From: an uncultured Mycoplasma sp.
GTDB lineage: Bacteria > Bacillota_I > Bacilli_A > RF39 > UBA660
Assembly: GCA_964616405.1 (NCBI GenBank)
Contig: CAZTRE010000004.1
Span: forward strand, 1 to 64,000
Length of the DNA: 64,000 nt
Direction: 5' to 3'
The stretch's first letter is position 1. Each line of letters begins with the position of its first letter. A model generated the notes under the pieces. The model saw nothing but the letters and a program-made list of their open reading frames with translations. It had not been told where the DNA came from and did not search any database. This document shows, one piece after another, positions 1-9,779 of this stretch. Both the position numbers and the translations under genes were made by a program.

Positions 1-54
1 CCTGTGACCCCCTGCTTGTAAGGCAGGTGCTCTAACCAACTGAGCTAATCGCCC
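1..54 (-). tRNA. tRNA-Val (anticodon UAC), 5' two-thirds only; the 3' end lies beyond the window edge
   Basis: The reverse complement reads GGGCGATTAGCTCAGTTGGTTAGAGCACCTGCCTTACAAGCAGGGGGTCACAGG. It shows an acceptor arm, a D-arm GCTC/GAGC, an anticodon stem CCTGC/GCAGG with loop CTTACAA (anticodon TAC), and the start of the T-arm. Confidence 0.85.
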
Positions 55-140
55 AAACAAATCAGTTGACGTAATTAAATATATCAATTATTTATTTCTT
101 TGTCAACGATTTTTTTGCTTTTTTTAATTTTTTTCGTTTT

Positions 141-488
141 TTACTTTAATTTCATCGTTTTTTCTTCTACCCACTTATTTAACATTTCAGTAAGCGTTAA
201 AAATCCGCTTTTAGTTTCTAATATTTTCGTACTTTTCTTTTTGGTTATCCTATAGTCCATATTTTTGATTGTTAGTTTTATTTGTCCATTCTTCTCATTT
301 TCTAAAACCTTCGCTTGAATAAGTTCTCCCATTTTTACATAATCATGAATGTTTCTTACAAAACCGTCACTAATCTCTGATATGTGAATTAAGCCAAAAT
401 TTTGATCATCAATATTTATAAAAATACCATATTTTTCTATTCCTGTTACATATCCCTTTACTATATCGCCTTTTTTATACATGCCCAT
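141..488 (-). CDS. S1 RNA-binding domain protein (YabR / general stress protein 13-like)
   Basis: S1-fold signature GDIVKGYVTGIEKYGIFINID...GLIHISEISDGFVRNIHDYVKMGELIQAKV. A GGAAGGTG Shine-Dalgarno lies 6 nt upstream of the ATG at 488. Confidence 0.8.
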   Translation of the reverse strand: MGMYKKGDIVKGYVTGIEKYGIFINIDDQNFGLIHISEISDGFVRNIHDYVKMGELIQAKVLENEKNGQIKLTIKNMDYRITKKKSTKILETKSGFLTLTEMLNKWVEEKTMKLK

Positions 489-591
489 ATGTTACACCTT
501 CCTCGTACATTATATCATTATTTATAGATTATAACAAGAAATATATTTGCTATGCATTATGATTGTATGATATAATTCACTTGGTGATTTT

Positions 592-828
592 ATGAAGAAC
601 TCAGATATTATTAACAAGATTATTTTACTTATTGATAAGCTTAAGCCTTTTTTAATTAATGATGGTGGCAATCTAGAATTTGTCAAATATGAGGATAATA
701 TTGTTTATGTTAGACTACTTGGGGCTTGTAAGGATTGTGCTATGATGGATATTACGTTAAAAGAAGGTATTGAAGAGATTATTGTAAGTGAAATCCCTGA
801 AGTAAAAGAAGTTAGAAATGTAGATTAG
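592..828 (+). CDS. NifU-like (C-terminal domain) Fe-S cluster protein
   Basis: 78 aa with DGGNLEFV...VYVRLLGACKDCAMMDITLKEGIE. The CxxC pair and spacing are typical of the NifU C-terminal domain. Confidence 0.75.
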   Translation: MKNSDIINKIILLIDKLKPFLINDGGNLEFVKYEDNIVYVRLLGACKDCAMMDITLKEGIEEIIVSEIPEVKEVRNVD

Positions 829-831
829 TTT

Positions 832-1674
832 TTATAACCAGTCTACTTTTTTTATTTGTTGCATTTTTCTAAACTCTTCATATAGTAACTTTAAACTCTT
901 CTCATAATGATTTATTTCTTGAATTAATATGTTAAATTGTGTTTTGTTTATAGCGCTTTTTAATAGTCCATTATAGTAATAATTTGGAAATAATAAACGT
1001 GCAAAAACTAACTCAAAGTCTATTTCATGTGAATATTGGGAGAGAATATCTTTGATAACATCTGAATTAAGCTCATTATTTATAATTTTTTGTCTCAATA
1101 TTTCACTTATTTCTCTTTCTTCAATATCTACTACTAAGTTTAATGGATTCCTAATCTCCTCTTTTTCCAATACTCTAAATGTTAATATTTGTCGCTTATT
1201 TGGAAATTCTTTGCCTGTTATATATAGGATTGCTGTTTCTGCCATCGCATTATAATAATCAAACAGGATTTGATCATATTCATTTTGATGGGAACTTGTA
1301 ATAACTTTTTCATAATAGTCTTTTTTTTTGATCCATAGCTGTTTCCAATTTGTTTTAACAATCTCACCAGAGATGTTTTTCGATAAAAACAGGAGCCTTT
1401 TTTCCATTTCTTTATTATTTATGCAAGTCAAAAGTACGTAATTTATTCCGTTATAATTACTATATAATTTTCCATTTTTATTCTTATTAATTGAAAAAAA
1501 GAGGTTACTAATTTTTTCGTAATTTAATAACCGATACAATTCTTCTACCTCGGTGGTATTAATTACTGGGCATAATAAATATCTATTATTTCCATCTTTT
1601 ATTTTTATATCGTTTTTTACTTTATAAATAGTGGGTGTTTGCAAATTGTAATTATATTTTAAAAATTGTTTCAT
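832..1674 (-). CDS. hypothetical protein, possibly a CotS/YutH-like spore-coat kinase-fold protein
   Basis: Uninterrupted 280-aa ORF. Its size and loose organisation resemble the YsxE-like ORF at 10759-11619, and it lies near a YutD-like gene. I recognised no catalytic motif, so the product name is tentative. Confidence 0.3.
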   Translation of the reverse strand: MKQFLKYNYNLQTPTIYKVKNDIKIKDGNNRYLLCPVINTTEVEELYRLLNYEKISNLFFSINKNKNGKLYSNYNGINYVLLTCINNKEMEKRLLFLSKNISGEIVKTNWKQLWIKKKDYYEKVITSSHQNEYDQILFDYYNAMAETAILYITGKEFPNKRQILTFRVLEKEEIRNPLNLVVDIEEREISEILRQKIINNELNSDVIKDILSQYSHEIDFELVFARLLFPNYYYNGLLKSAINKTQFNILIQEINHYEKSLKLLYEEFRKMQQIKKVDWL

Positions 1675-1700
1675 AATTCATCACTTATTTATATATATGC

Positions 1701-1726
1701 AAAAAAAAAAGAAGCAAGAACTTCTT
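1701..1726 (-). terminator. putative intrinsic terminator after the 1746-3038 ORF
   Basis: The minus-strand RNA reads AAGAAG-uucuug-CUUCUU followed by a run of 10 U. The stem is short and weak. Confidence 0.4.
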
Positions 1727-1745
1727 ATATCTTACTTCATATTTT

Positions 1746-3038
1746 TTATTGTCCAATTCCTTGTGCCATCAAACTTATCATCATGCTAATTTGTTCTTCT
1801 TGTTTATTTTTATCACGACGCATTTGTTGTAAAGCTTGATAAGTTTCATTACATTTTGTTTCTAGTTCATTAGCGTAACCGGCAAATTGATTAATAGTCT
1901 CATTGTAGCGAGCGGTTGTTTCTTGTGCATCATCTGCTTCGTTTGCATATTCTGTTTGTATTTTTCCTAAATCTTTGGTTAATACTGTTACCTTATTAAA
2001 ATAAGCTTGAACATCTTCACTTAATTCAGGATTAGCTAAATTTTCACCCTGTGTTTTTTTATTTTCCAAATTAATTGCATTCCTTTCTGGTGCGATTGCT
2101 ATTGTTTCCCTCTCTATTGTCTCTTCTCCTGAAATTTCATTATAGAATGAATCTTTTACTTTCGGTAATGAAATTGGCGGAAATTCATATTTCTTCACTT
2201 CATCCAATGGAGTTATAGACTTTCTAGGCGAGTTCATACTTGGTGCATTCCTTGTAACATTTTCAAATGGAGTTATTTCAGGAATTTCAGTTTGTTCCGC
2301 TTGTTGAGAAAACATCTGTTCGAATGCATCCCTATTTATTCCTGTAACTCGGTAATCATCAGCAATACTTTCTCCCTTAAAAGGAGCAGTTTCATCTTCC
2401 TTTGTAAACTTCTGTACTTTTGCAGGTGTACTTTCATTTTGACTGACTTTTATTTTTTCTAATTCCTCATTAATCGCTAGTGCAAGTTCATCAGCATCAA
2501 TTGGTTTTTCAGTTTCTTCTTGATCTATTCCAACTGCTTGTTCTTCAGCATCGCTTTCTCCTACTATATCGTCTGTAGACACTGCAAAGTTTTCTGGAGT
2601 AATTAACCCTTGAGTGCCCATAACTGTATCTTTGACTTCAGTATCAGTTCCATAAAGGGCTTCTATATTATATCCCAAATTTTTCATCATTGTATCTTTT
2701 AATTTTATTGCGCGGGAATCGATAAACTCTTCGGTTACATAATTACTAATTTCTAAAAATTTAATTCTCGATTCTAAGTTTGCAATCGCCATTGTGCTCT
2801 TTAAAACCTTCTCTTCTACTATTGTATGGGAATTTTCTGGTACTAGTTGATCACTTTGGAATTCCATAGAAACTAATCCTTTATTATCTAAAGTAAATTC
2901 TTTTTTTGCTAGATTCGATCTAAATTCAGTGAAACGGTTTGATATATTTGTGAATGATACTTGTTTGAATTTGATTTTTCTGAATAGTGAAATTCCGATT
3001 TGTCCAAATTCTCTATCTACTAATTCGACACTTGACAT
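1746..3038 (-). CDS. hypothetical acidic protein with a C-terminal coiled-coil region
   Basis: 430-aa ORF. It is rich in E/D, and the C-terminal 80 aa look heptad-like (KDLGKIQTEYANEADDAQETTARYNETINQFAGYANELETK...). No family recognised. Confidence 0.5.
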   Translation of the reverse strand: MSSVELVDREFGQIGISLFRKIKFKQVSFTNISNRFTEFRSNLAKKEFTLDNKGLVSMEFQSDQLVPENSHTIVEEKVLKSTMAIANLESRIKFLEISNYVTEEFIDSRAIKLKDTMMKNLGYNIEALYGTDTEVKDTVMGTQGLITPENFAVSTDDIVGESDAEEQAVGIDQEETEKPIDADELALAINEELEKIKVSQNESTPAKVQKFTKEDETAPFKGESIADDYRVTGINRDAFEQMFSQQAEQTEIPEITPFENVTRNAPSMNSPRKSITPLDEVKKYEFPPISLPKVKDSFYNEISGEETIERETIAIAPERNAINLENKKTQGENLANPELSEDVQAYFNKVTVLTKDLGKIQTEYANEADDAQETTARYNETINQFAGYANELETKCNETYQALQQMRRDKNKQEEQISMMISLMAQGIGQ

Positions 3039-3060
3039 ACACTATACCTCCCTTTTTTTA

Positions 3061-3339
3061 TTATTCTGCCTTTGATAATTCTCTTAATACATCTTTTACT
3101 TTGCTCCACTCTTCTTCATCTTCTACACCTAGAAGTTTAGCTTCGCCAGATGAACGATCAACATGTGAAACATATACTGTAATATTATCATTTTCGTCCT
3201 TTTCATTTTTTGTATAAATGACATATTCTTTTTTTGTATCCTTAAATTCAAAAGCCAAAATTATTTCAACTTCTTCGATTGAACCATCTTCTGCGACAAT
3301 GGACATCATTTTCTTTTCTAATCCTTGATTTTCTTGCAT
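3061..3339 (-). CDS. DUF1292 family small acidic protein
   Basis: 92 aa with the pattern DGSIEEVEIILAFEFKDTKKEYVIYT...EEEWSKV. It belongs to the same family as the ORF at 55095-55397. Confidence 0.7.
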   Translation of the reverse strand: MQENQGLEKKMMSIVAEDGSIEEVEIILAFEFKDTKKEYVIYTKNEKDENDNITVYVSHVDRSSGEAKLLGVEDEEEWSKVKDVLRELSKAE

Positions 3340-3405
3340 ATAAGTAATCCTCCCTTATTATTCATATATTATAATTCTAACATATTTTTGAATAATTTCA
3401 AGGGC

Positions 3406-3702
3406 TTACCTTATTTTTTTTAAGAGAAATACCTTAGCACCATAACTACAATAATTTTTTATATAATCATCTAAATATTTAATATCATTTATTTTTGTTA
3501 CTTTTTTATTATTGCTATCTTTATATCCCTTTAACCTTACTTTCTCATAAGAAAAGTCGCCAAATATATAATCGAATTCATCAAAATATTCAGTTATCTT
3601 CTCTGATAGTTCTTCTTTATTAATACAATTATTATCATCTCTTACTATTTCATAATTAATTCCATTTATTTCTATTTTCTTCATTCTACACCTCATAGTC
3701 AT
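3406..3702 (-). CDS. YutD-like protein (DUF1027)
   Basis: 98 aa with INGINYEIVRDDNNCINKEELSEKITEYFDEFDYIFGDFSYEKVRLKGY, which is typical of the YutD family. Confidence 0.6.
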   Translation of the reverse strand: MTMRCRMKKIEINGINYEIVRDDNNCINKEELSEKITEYFDEFDYIFGDFSYEKVRLKGYKDSNNKKVTKINDIKYLDDYIKNYCSYGAKVFLLKKIR

Positions 3703-3744
3703 TATATCATATTAAGACTCGATTACAGATATTTATTTTCAATA

Positions 3745-4455
3745 TTATGATTCCGATTGAGGATATGCCTTTTCCAATTGTTTCTCATAGTATTCCTGTG
3801 GAATTAATCCTTTTATCAGTTTTAAAGTGAGTGGAGCTTCTATTTTTATTTTATTATTTTTTGATGATACAGGAAGACTTATTTGTTCTGATATTTCTAC
3901 TACAATAAAGGTTTCGATTACTATACTATTGAAACCATAGGACTCCATTTTAGTCTTTAGTTTAGTAGTTAATTCTCCCTTAAAAGCAAGTTTTAAAGGT
4001 ATGTATGGGCCATAATTGGCATAGAAAGAATTATTTTTAAGTGCCCCAAATGGTACTTCACAGATTACTCCATTTTGAACTTTTTTGAATCTGCCAAATT
4101 TTAAATCTGTCGATATATTAAATTTTTCTATATTTCCTTCTTCTAAAGTAAGTAAATCATTATATATTTTATCATATATGATTCTTAATAAGTGATTTAC
4201 CTCTTGGGTATTGTAGTCAAGTAATTCTATTTCTCCATTGGTTGTTTTTTCTATTATAAAGAGTTTGCTCAAATCAGTGCCCTCTAAAATTTGATGTATT
4301 GTACTATTTACAATGTTAGAGACAATTCTTGTTGATTCATTATTTGCGTAATTGTATAGCTGTTGATTAAGGGATTTTCCGGTTTTACCAATTAAAAAAA
4401 AAGATGTCATTAAAGCGAAGACAAATATTATAATAAATTTTTGGTATCTATTCAT
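3745..4455 (-). CDS. yunB: sporulation protein YunB-like
   Basis: 236 aa with an N-terminal TM helix. The size and overall pattern resemble YunB, and it lies directly downstream of sigG and a ylmC/ymxH-like gene. Confidence 0.55.
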   Translation of the reverse strand: MNRYQKFIIIFVFALMTSFFLIGKTGKSLNQQLYNYANNESTRIVSNIVNSTIHQILEGTDLSKLFIIEKTTNGEIELLDYNTQEVNHLLRIIYDKIYNDLLTLEEGNIEKFNISTDLKFGRFKKVQNGVICEVPFGALKNNSFYANYGPYIPLKLAFKGELTTKLKTKMESYGFNSIVIETFIVVEISEQISLPVSSKNNKIKIEAPLTLKLIKGLIPQEYYEKQLEKAYPQSES

Positions 4456-4681
4456 ATAATTTGGTCTGTACTAAAATTACATCTTCTCCTATTTTAGTAA
4501 TGTCTTTCCACATAATTTGTGAATCAAGCTCCTTGTTTAAAGAAAACATTTTGCGTGATGATTCGAGAATAAGGGATTCCACCGAACCATCCTCTAAAAT
4601 ATTAACATCAATTATAGAGCCCACGTTCTTTCCATCTGTAATATTTATTATTTTTTTTGATTGAAGTTCAGAAAGTCGCAT
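4448..4681 (-). CDS. YlmC/YmxH family sporulation protein (PRC-barrel)
   Basis: 77 aa with LSELQSKKIINITDGKNVGSIIDVNILEDGSVESLIL, the canonical YlmC/YmxH PRC-barrel pattern. Confidence 0.75.
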   Translation of the reverse strand: MRLSELQSKKIINITDGKNVGSIIDVNILEDGSVESLILESSRKMFSLNKELDSQIMWKDITKIGEDVILVQTKLYE

Positions 4682-4723
4682 ACTATCACCTAATTAAATA
4701 TATGATTCTAGGGCCAATTTATT

Positions 4724-5503
4724 CTATTGAAGTGTTTTCTTTAGCTGCTTTATAGCTCCCTTTTCTAATCTAGATACCTGGGCTTGACTTATACTTAACT
4801 CTTTAGCAATTTCCATTTGAGTTTTTCCAATAATGAAACGTTGGTCCAAAATGTATTTCTCGCGTTCATCTAAATCATCAATTGCGGTTGATATTGCAAG
4901 TTTTGTTGATAATTCGTTACTATTAGCCCTTTTGTCTTCTATTTGATCGCATAAGTATATTGTATCCCCTCCATCATTATAGATCGGTTCATACATGCTT
5001 ATTGGATCTTTTAATGAATCTAACGCCGTTACTACATCATATGGTTCTGCTTCTAATTTTGAAGCCAATTCTTCTATTGGAATTTCTTTACTGTGGTCAT
5101 TGTGGTATTCCTCTTTTAACTTTAGAGCTTTATAAGCTAAATCTTTTAGGGAACGACTTATGCGAATGCTACTTGTATTATCACGAATATAGCGTTTTAC
5201 CTCACCTAAGATCATTGGAACTGCATACGTTGAAAACTTTACTTCATGTGATAAATCAAAATTATCAATTGCTTTTAAAAGTCCTATGCAGCCTATTTGA
5301 AATAAATCATCCATATTTTCGGTTTTATTCATAAACTTTTTTAATATTGATAAAACTAATTTTAAATTACCTTGGACTAATAAGTCCCTAGCAAATTCAT
5401 CGCCTTGCTGCATCTTTTTAAATAATTCATTCATCTCATCTTGTTTTAAAACTATTATGTCATTGGTATTAATGCCACTTATTTCTACTTTATATCTTGC
5501 CAT
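4724..5503 (-). CDS. sigG: RNA polymerase sporulation sigma factor SigG
   Basis: It matches my memory of B. subtilis SigG along its whole length: YKVEISGINT, DNFDLSHEVKFSTYAVPMILGE, EPIYNDGGDTIY..DQIED, GKTQMEIAKELSISQAQVSRLEKGAIKQL. Confidence 0.85.
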   Translation of the reverse strand: MARYKVEISGINTNDIIVLKQDEMNELFKKMQQGDEFARDLLVQGNLKLVLSILKKFMNKTENMDDLFQIGCIGLLKAIDNFDLSHEVKFSTYAVPMILGEVKRYIRDNTSSIRISRSLKDLAYKALKLKEEYHNDHSKEIPIEELASKLEAEPYDVVTALDSLKDPISMYEPIYNDGGDTIYLCDQIEDKRANSNELSTKLAISTAIDDLDEREKYILDQRFIIGKTQMEIAKELSISQAQVSRLEKGAIKQLKKTLQ

Positions 5504-5508
5504 AAAAA

Positions 5509-5541
5509 ATCTCTCCTTACCTCAATAGTGGTTGGAGAGAT
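5509..5541 (-). promoter_or_regulatory. hairpin that sequesters the sigG Shine-Dalgarno and doubles as a terminator-like structure for the upstream gene
   Basis: The minus-strand RNA reads AUCUCUCC-(17 nt loop)-GGAGAGAU-UUUUU-AUG. The 3' arm contains the only GGAG before the sigG start codon. A TGAATA -35-like hexamer lies at 5549-5554, and CACTATT lies 18 nt downstream of it, inside the loop. Confidence 0.5.
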
Positions 5542-5565
5542 TAATTTTTATTCATAAATATCTAT

Positions 5566-6387
5566 TTATTCGTCATATTTTTCTAGAAAAAAGCTTTTTT
5601 GGCCATTCTTTTTGGTTGCTAAGACTGTATCTACATTAACGTTTTCACTTGATTTGAATATATTATAAGCAACATTTGGATTGTTTTTTTCTAATTCTTT
5701 TATTAGCATTTTAATTTCTAAACGTTTAGAATCTTTTAAAGAGTCTTTTTCAGTAAATTTACAGGCACAATTGATAAATTCTAAATGATTGTAATTTTTC
5801 CAGGCAATTATATCATCTTCGCGAACTAAATAAAGGGGTCTAATTAATTCCATGCCTTCAAAATTAGTACTTTTAAGCTTAGGCATCATACTTTTATATT
5901 CTCCGCCATAAAGAATTGAAAGCATTATAGTTTCAATTACATCATCAAAATGGTGACCTAAGGCAATTTTATTACAACCTAGAGCTTTAGCATGGTCATA
6001 TAAAAATCCACGACGCATTCTAGCACATAAATAACAAGGAGAATCACTAGCGTGCTTATTAATGACATTAAAAATATCAGAATTAAATATCTGAATATCA
6101 ATTCCTAGCTGTTTAGCATTGCTAATTATTTTTTGAAGATTTTCATCATTATAACCCGGATTCATTACTAAAAAGACTAAATCAAACTTAATCTTTCCGT
6201 GTTTTTTTATTTCTTCCATACATTTAGCAAGTAAAATTGAATCTTTTCCCCCAGATATACAAACTGCTATTTTATCATTTTCTTGAATAAGATTATAATC
6301 TCTGATAGCTTTAGTGAATGGTCTCCAAATAGTTTTACGAAATTTTGTAATTATACTACGTTCTATTTCTTGTTTTTCGTTTAACAT
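5566..6387 (-). CDS. PP-loop ATPase, TtcA-like tRNA thiolation protein
   Basis: PP-loop motif CISGGKDSILL and cysteine pair PCYLCARMRRG, with the size of the TtcA/TilS superfamily. Confidence 0.7.
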   Translation of the reverse strand: MLNEKQEIERSIITKFRKTIWRPFTKAIRDYNLIQENDKIAVCISGGKDSILLAKCMEEIKKHGKIKFDLVFLVMNPGYNDENLQKIISNAKQLGIDIQIFNSDIFNVINKHASDSPCYLCARMRRGFLYDHAKALGCNKIALGHHFDDVIETIMLSILYGGEYKSMMPKLKSTNFEGMELIRPLYLVREDDIIAWKNYNHLEFINCACKFTEKDSLKDSKRLEIKMLIKELEKNNPNVAYNIFKSSENVNVDTVLATKKNGQKSFFLEKYDE

Positions 6388-6398
6388 ATTATCACCTA

Positions 6399-6911
6399 CT
6401 AATCTCGTTCTAAATAATCGGTACCTTTGTGGGGCTCTTCACGTAATAGGTCATTATAATCTTGTTGACGTAAAACTTCATAGATGGCGATAGCTGCACT
6501 ATTAGAAACATTTAAAGCTCGGACATTTGATGTCATAGGTATTCTCATACATCGATCTAAATGATTTTTTAATATTTCTTTAGGAATTCCAGTGGACTCT
6601 TTTCCAAAAATTAAATATATTTGTTTGTTTTCTTTATTAGAAAAATCAAAACTGGTATGTGGTTTGTGACCATAACGGGTAAAAAAATAGTATTCACCAG
6701 GATTTTTTTCTTTGAATTCTTCAAAGTCTTCATAAACTTCCATATCTAGTTTATCGATGTAATTTACACCGCTTCTTTTTAAATGGGCATCATCAATAGA
6801 AAAGCCAAGGGGCTTAATCAAATGCAATTTGGTATTTGTAGCGACGCATGTTCGCATAATGTTCCCAGTATTTTGTGGGATTTCTGGTTGATATAAAACG
6901 ATATTATTCAT
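6399..6911 (-). CDS. trmL: tRNA (cytidine/uridine-2'-O)-methyltransferase TrmL (SpoU/SPOUT family)
   Basis: 170 aa with an N-terminus IVLYQPEIPQNTGNIMRTC and C-terminal SPOUT-knot motifs LIFGKESTGIP and NVSNSAAI. Confidence 0.8.
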   Translation of the reverse strand: MNNIVLYQPEIPQNTGNIMRTCVATNTKLHLIKPLGFSIDDAHLKRSGVNYIDKLDMEVYEDFEEFKEKNPGEYYFFTRYGHKPHTSFDFSNKENKQIYLIFGKESTGIPKEILKNHLDRCMRIPMTSNVRALNVSNSAAIAIYEVLRQQDYNDLLREEPHKGTDYLERD

Positions 6912-6935
6912 ACTTCCTCCTAATATAAAAGGAGA

Positions 6936-7463
6936 TTACTCTCCTAGTCTGTGCAAATCAATAAATTGATGTGTCTTTGAAATTGTTAATTTTTCGTTGT
7001 TTTTGGGTTGAAGGATATGAACTGTTTTTCCTTCTTCTAAAGCAACAAGCGCTGGGAATTGTTCCGTTAGTTTAACTCTAGATGTATACTTTTCATTATA
7101 GGATTTTACGAAATTGACTTTCTCTTCAGCTGATATATTTAAATAAACTATCTCGTTTTGAAGTTCTTCATTGTTAATAAGTTTTTTTAACCCTTTTTCA
7201 TAGTTACGGCACCTTTCATCATTGGCGGTACATATGTATATAAGATTCGTTGGATTTTCCGATACATAGTGTTCTAACTCTTCGCTAGTTATTTCTGATA
7301 AAGTTCCTCTAATAACGGGTATTTCTAATTTCATATCTTGATATACATTATAAACATTGCATAAATATAAGGTTATTGCTGTTGCAACCAAAAATATTAA
7401 AGCTAATATTAAATAATTTTTAATACTTATTTTTCTTTCAGTCTGCTTTTCTTTTGTTTTCAC
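6936..7463 (-). CDS. membrane-anchored hypothetical protein, possibly thioredoxin-fold
   Basis: 175 aa with one N-terminal TM helix (YLILALIFLVATAITLYL) and a Cys pair (ICTANDERC). No secure family assignment. Confidence 0.4.
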   Translation of the reverse strand: MKTKEKQTERKISIKNYLILALIFLVATAITLYLCNVYNVYQDMKLEIPVIRGTLSEITSEELEHYVSENPTNLIYICTANDERCRNYEKGLKKLINNEELQNEIVYLNISAEEKVNFVKSYNEKYTSRVKLTEQFPALVALEEGKTVHILQPKNNEKLTISKTHQFIDLHRLGE

Positions 7464-7528
7464 AAAATCACTTCCTTATCTATTAACATTTTAACACAAA
7501 GATTGTAAATTTTGCACTACAAAATAAA

Positions 7529-9703
7529 TTATTGATAGTTATTGACAATTTTTTTGATTGTCTTTGCGTCTTCATCGTAAAAACTAAAGTGTAAACTAAA
7601 CTTGCCTATTAATTTCTTTGGGTTAGTCGACTGATAGTTCTCATAGTTTAATATATGAGTATTTACTCCATCATAGAAGACTGGGAAAACTCTATTTTTT
7701 AAATCCACTAAAGTGTAATTATTCATATTCTTATCTATCCTAAGGATATTACCTTTTATAAGCATGTTTTCAATTCGACCATAAGCAAATAATTCAATAT
7801 TAGGGATGGATAAAAATTTAGATCGATAATTCTTAATTAGATCTAACTTCTCGGTCTCTGATAGTTCAACGGATAACATCACTGAATTAATATGTAATTT
7901 ATGTAGATAATAGACTGTATAAATATTATAAACATTTAGTGGATAATCCCCTCGGTAACATCTTTCTTTTGATGGCAAATAGTAGTCTGATAAAACATTT
8001 TTTGTACAACTATTTTCTTGAACATGCCTAATACAACGAGGAATTTTATAATAAATTTTCTCATTATCTTTATATTCTTCATAAAGTTTTTTATCACAAA
8101 CATAGATGTATTTAAAATTTAGTTCTAGACAAGTTAATAATTGTTCTTTAGTCCGAACTGTTGCAGTTAAACTTTTTTCTTCTGTAAAGGCTACTGGTTT
8201 AAACTTAACTTCATTTATAATTATATCTTGTTCTAGTTCGGTTCTTTTAGCAATTAATTTTTCTACAAGTTGACGACGAATATCATTAAGCTCTCTAATG
8301 GAAATGAATATATTTTCATCAGCCGATATGGTGGTTTTTTGGCTAATAAATGGGGTGGTGCCAAGTTTTTCTATTTGATCTTTTATCCGCTCTTTTGATA
8401 TTGGGGCATTAATAGATGCCGCTACAATGCCACCGGTTTCTTGAAAAGTATTAGCTCCATCGGTAATCTCTATAACTAAATTATTACTTAAATGAGCAGT
8501 AACTTTAATTGAAATAGGAATTTTTCTTTCAGGAAGAGCACTTAAAGTATTAAGTAAATTATGATCTTGAGTTTTACAAACAGTATCCATAATATCTAAA
8601 TTAATTTTATTATCAACATAACAAATATCATCAGCATAATTTATCAAATTATCTTTTTCATCATATAAATAATTTACAATAAATCCCTTACCACTATTGA
8701 GAAATCTAATTCCATCATGCTGATAAAGAGGTTTAGTTAGTTTTATTTTAATTTTATCTTTAGTTATACCAATAACTTTACCAATGTCTAATCCAATATG
8801 ATTAGGTGTTTTTGGATTCATTAAGTCTTTAGGTTCAACTGAAAAAAGATTGCCTGAGGTAAAATCTCGGTTAAAAATGGTCTTTAATTTATCTGTTTCT
8901 GCTTTTAAGTCAATAGTTTTTCCGTCAATTAAATTACGATAGTATTTTGTAATAAAGCCAACGTATTCAGGACTTTTCATTCTACCTTCTAACTTAAAAC
9001 TTGTGATATCTGATTTTAGTAAATCCAAAATATGCGGAGCAGAATTCAATTCTTTTGTACTTAAAAGATACTGTTGCTTAGATATTGTTTCTGAAGATTT
9101 TTTTAAGGTATATGGTAGGCGACAACTTCCAGCACATTCACCACGATTGCCACTTCTAGTTCCAAGCATACTACTCATGAGGCAGCATCCTGAATAACTA
9201 ATACATAAAGCTCCGTGAATAAAAACCTCTTTTTCAATAGGTACATCAATGGCATTTATCTCTTCCAAAGTCATCTCTCTAGCCAAAACAACTCTCTTCA
9301 CTCCCAATTTATAAAACAATTCTGCAGTATCTTTTGATGAAATATTTGCTTGTGTGGAGGCATGAATTTCTAAGTCGGGATACTTTTCACGAACTAAGCA
9401 AAGCATACCAAAATCTTGAATTAAAACGGCATCTACTTTATGTCTATGAAGGAATTCAACTTGTTCTATGAACGCAGGTACTTCATCATCTTTTATTAAA
9501 GTGTTCATAGTTACGTATACTTTTACACCATAAAGATGAGCATACTTTAAAGCCTCTAATATTTCTACATTGTCAAAGTTTTTAGCAAACTTTCTAGCAC
9601 CAAAGCATTTACAACCTAAATAAACAGCATCGGCTCCGTTTGCTACTGCTTGATAGAGACTGGCCATGTCACCTGCTGGAACAAGTAATTCAGGTTTAAT
9701 CAT
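7529..9703 (-). CDS. U32 family peptidase, long form
   Basis: U32 signature EVFIHGALCISYSGCCLMS, with an N-terminus MIKPELLVPAGD typical of the family. 724 aa. Confidence 0.8.
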   Translation of the reverse strand: MIKPELLVPAGDMASLYQAVANGADAVYLGCKCFGARKFAKNFDNVEILEALKYAHLYGVKVYVTMNTLIKDDEVPAFIEQVEFLHRHKVDAVLIQDFGMLCLVREKYPDLEIHASTQANISSKDTAELFYKLGVKRVVLAREMTLEEINAIDVPIEKEVFIHGALCISYSGCCLMSSMLGTRSGNRGECAGSCRLPYTLKKSSETISKQQYLLSTKELNSAPHILDLLKSDITSFKLEGRMKSPEYVGFITKYYRNLIDGKTIDLKAETDKLKTIFNRDFTSGNLFSVEPKDLMNPKTPNHIGLDIGKVIGITKDKIKIKLTKPLYQHDGIRFLNSGKGFIVNYLYDEKDNLINYADDICYVDNKINLDIMDTVCKTQDHNLLNTLSALPERKIPISIKVTAHLSNNLVIEITDGANTFQETGGIVAASINAPISKERIKDQIEKLGTTPFISQKTTISADENIFISIRELNDIRRQLVEKLIAKRTELEQDIIINEVKFKPVAFTEEKSLTATVRTKEQLLTCLELNFKYIYVCDKKLYEEYKDNEKIYYKIPRCIRHVQENSCTKNVLSDYYLPSKERCYRGDYPLNVYNIYTVYYLHKLHINSVMLSVELSETEKLDLIKNYRSKFLSIPNIELFAYGRIENMLIKGNILRIDKNMNNYTLVDLKNRVFPVFYDGVNTHILNYENYQSTNPKKLIGKFSLHFSFYDEDAKTIKKIVNNYQ

Positions 9704-9779
9704 TTACCTCACCTCTTTTTGTATATCGATTATACCATAAAATTGACTGATATGGCATAGCTATTACATATATTTTATT

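Noticed and set aside
1-54. The tRNA-Val at the window edge as an integration site for the Tad/T4SS cluster.
   Set aside because: It is 22 kb from the nearest cluster boundary, with housekeeping and sporulation genes in between. No integrase lies next to it within the window.
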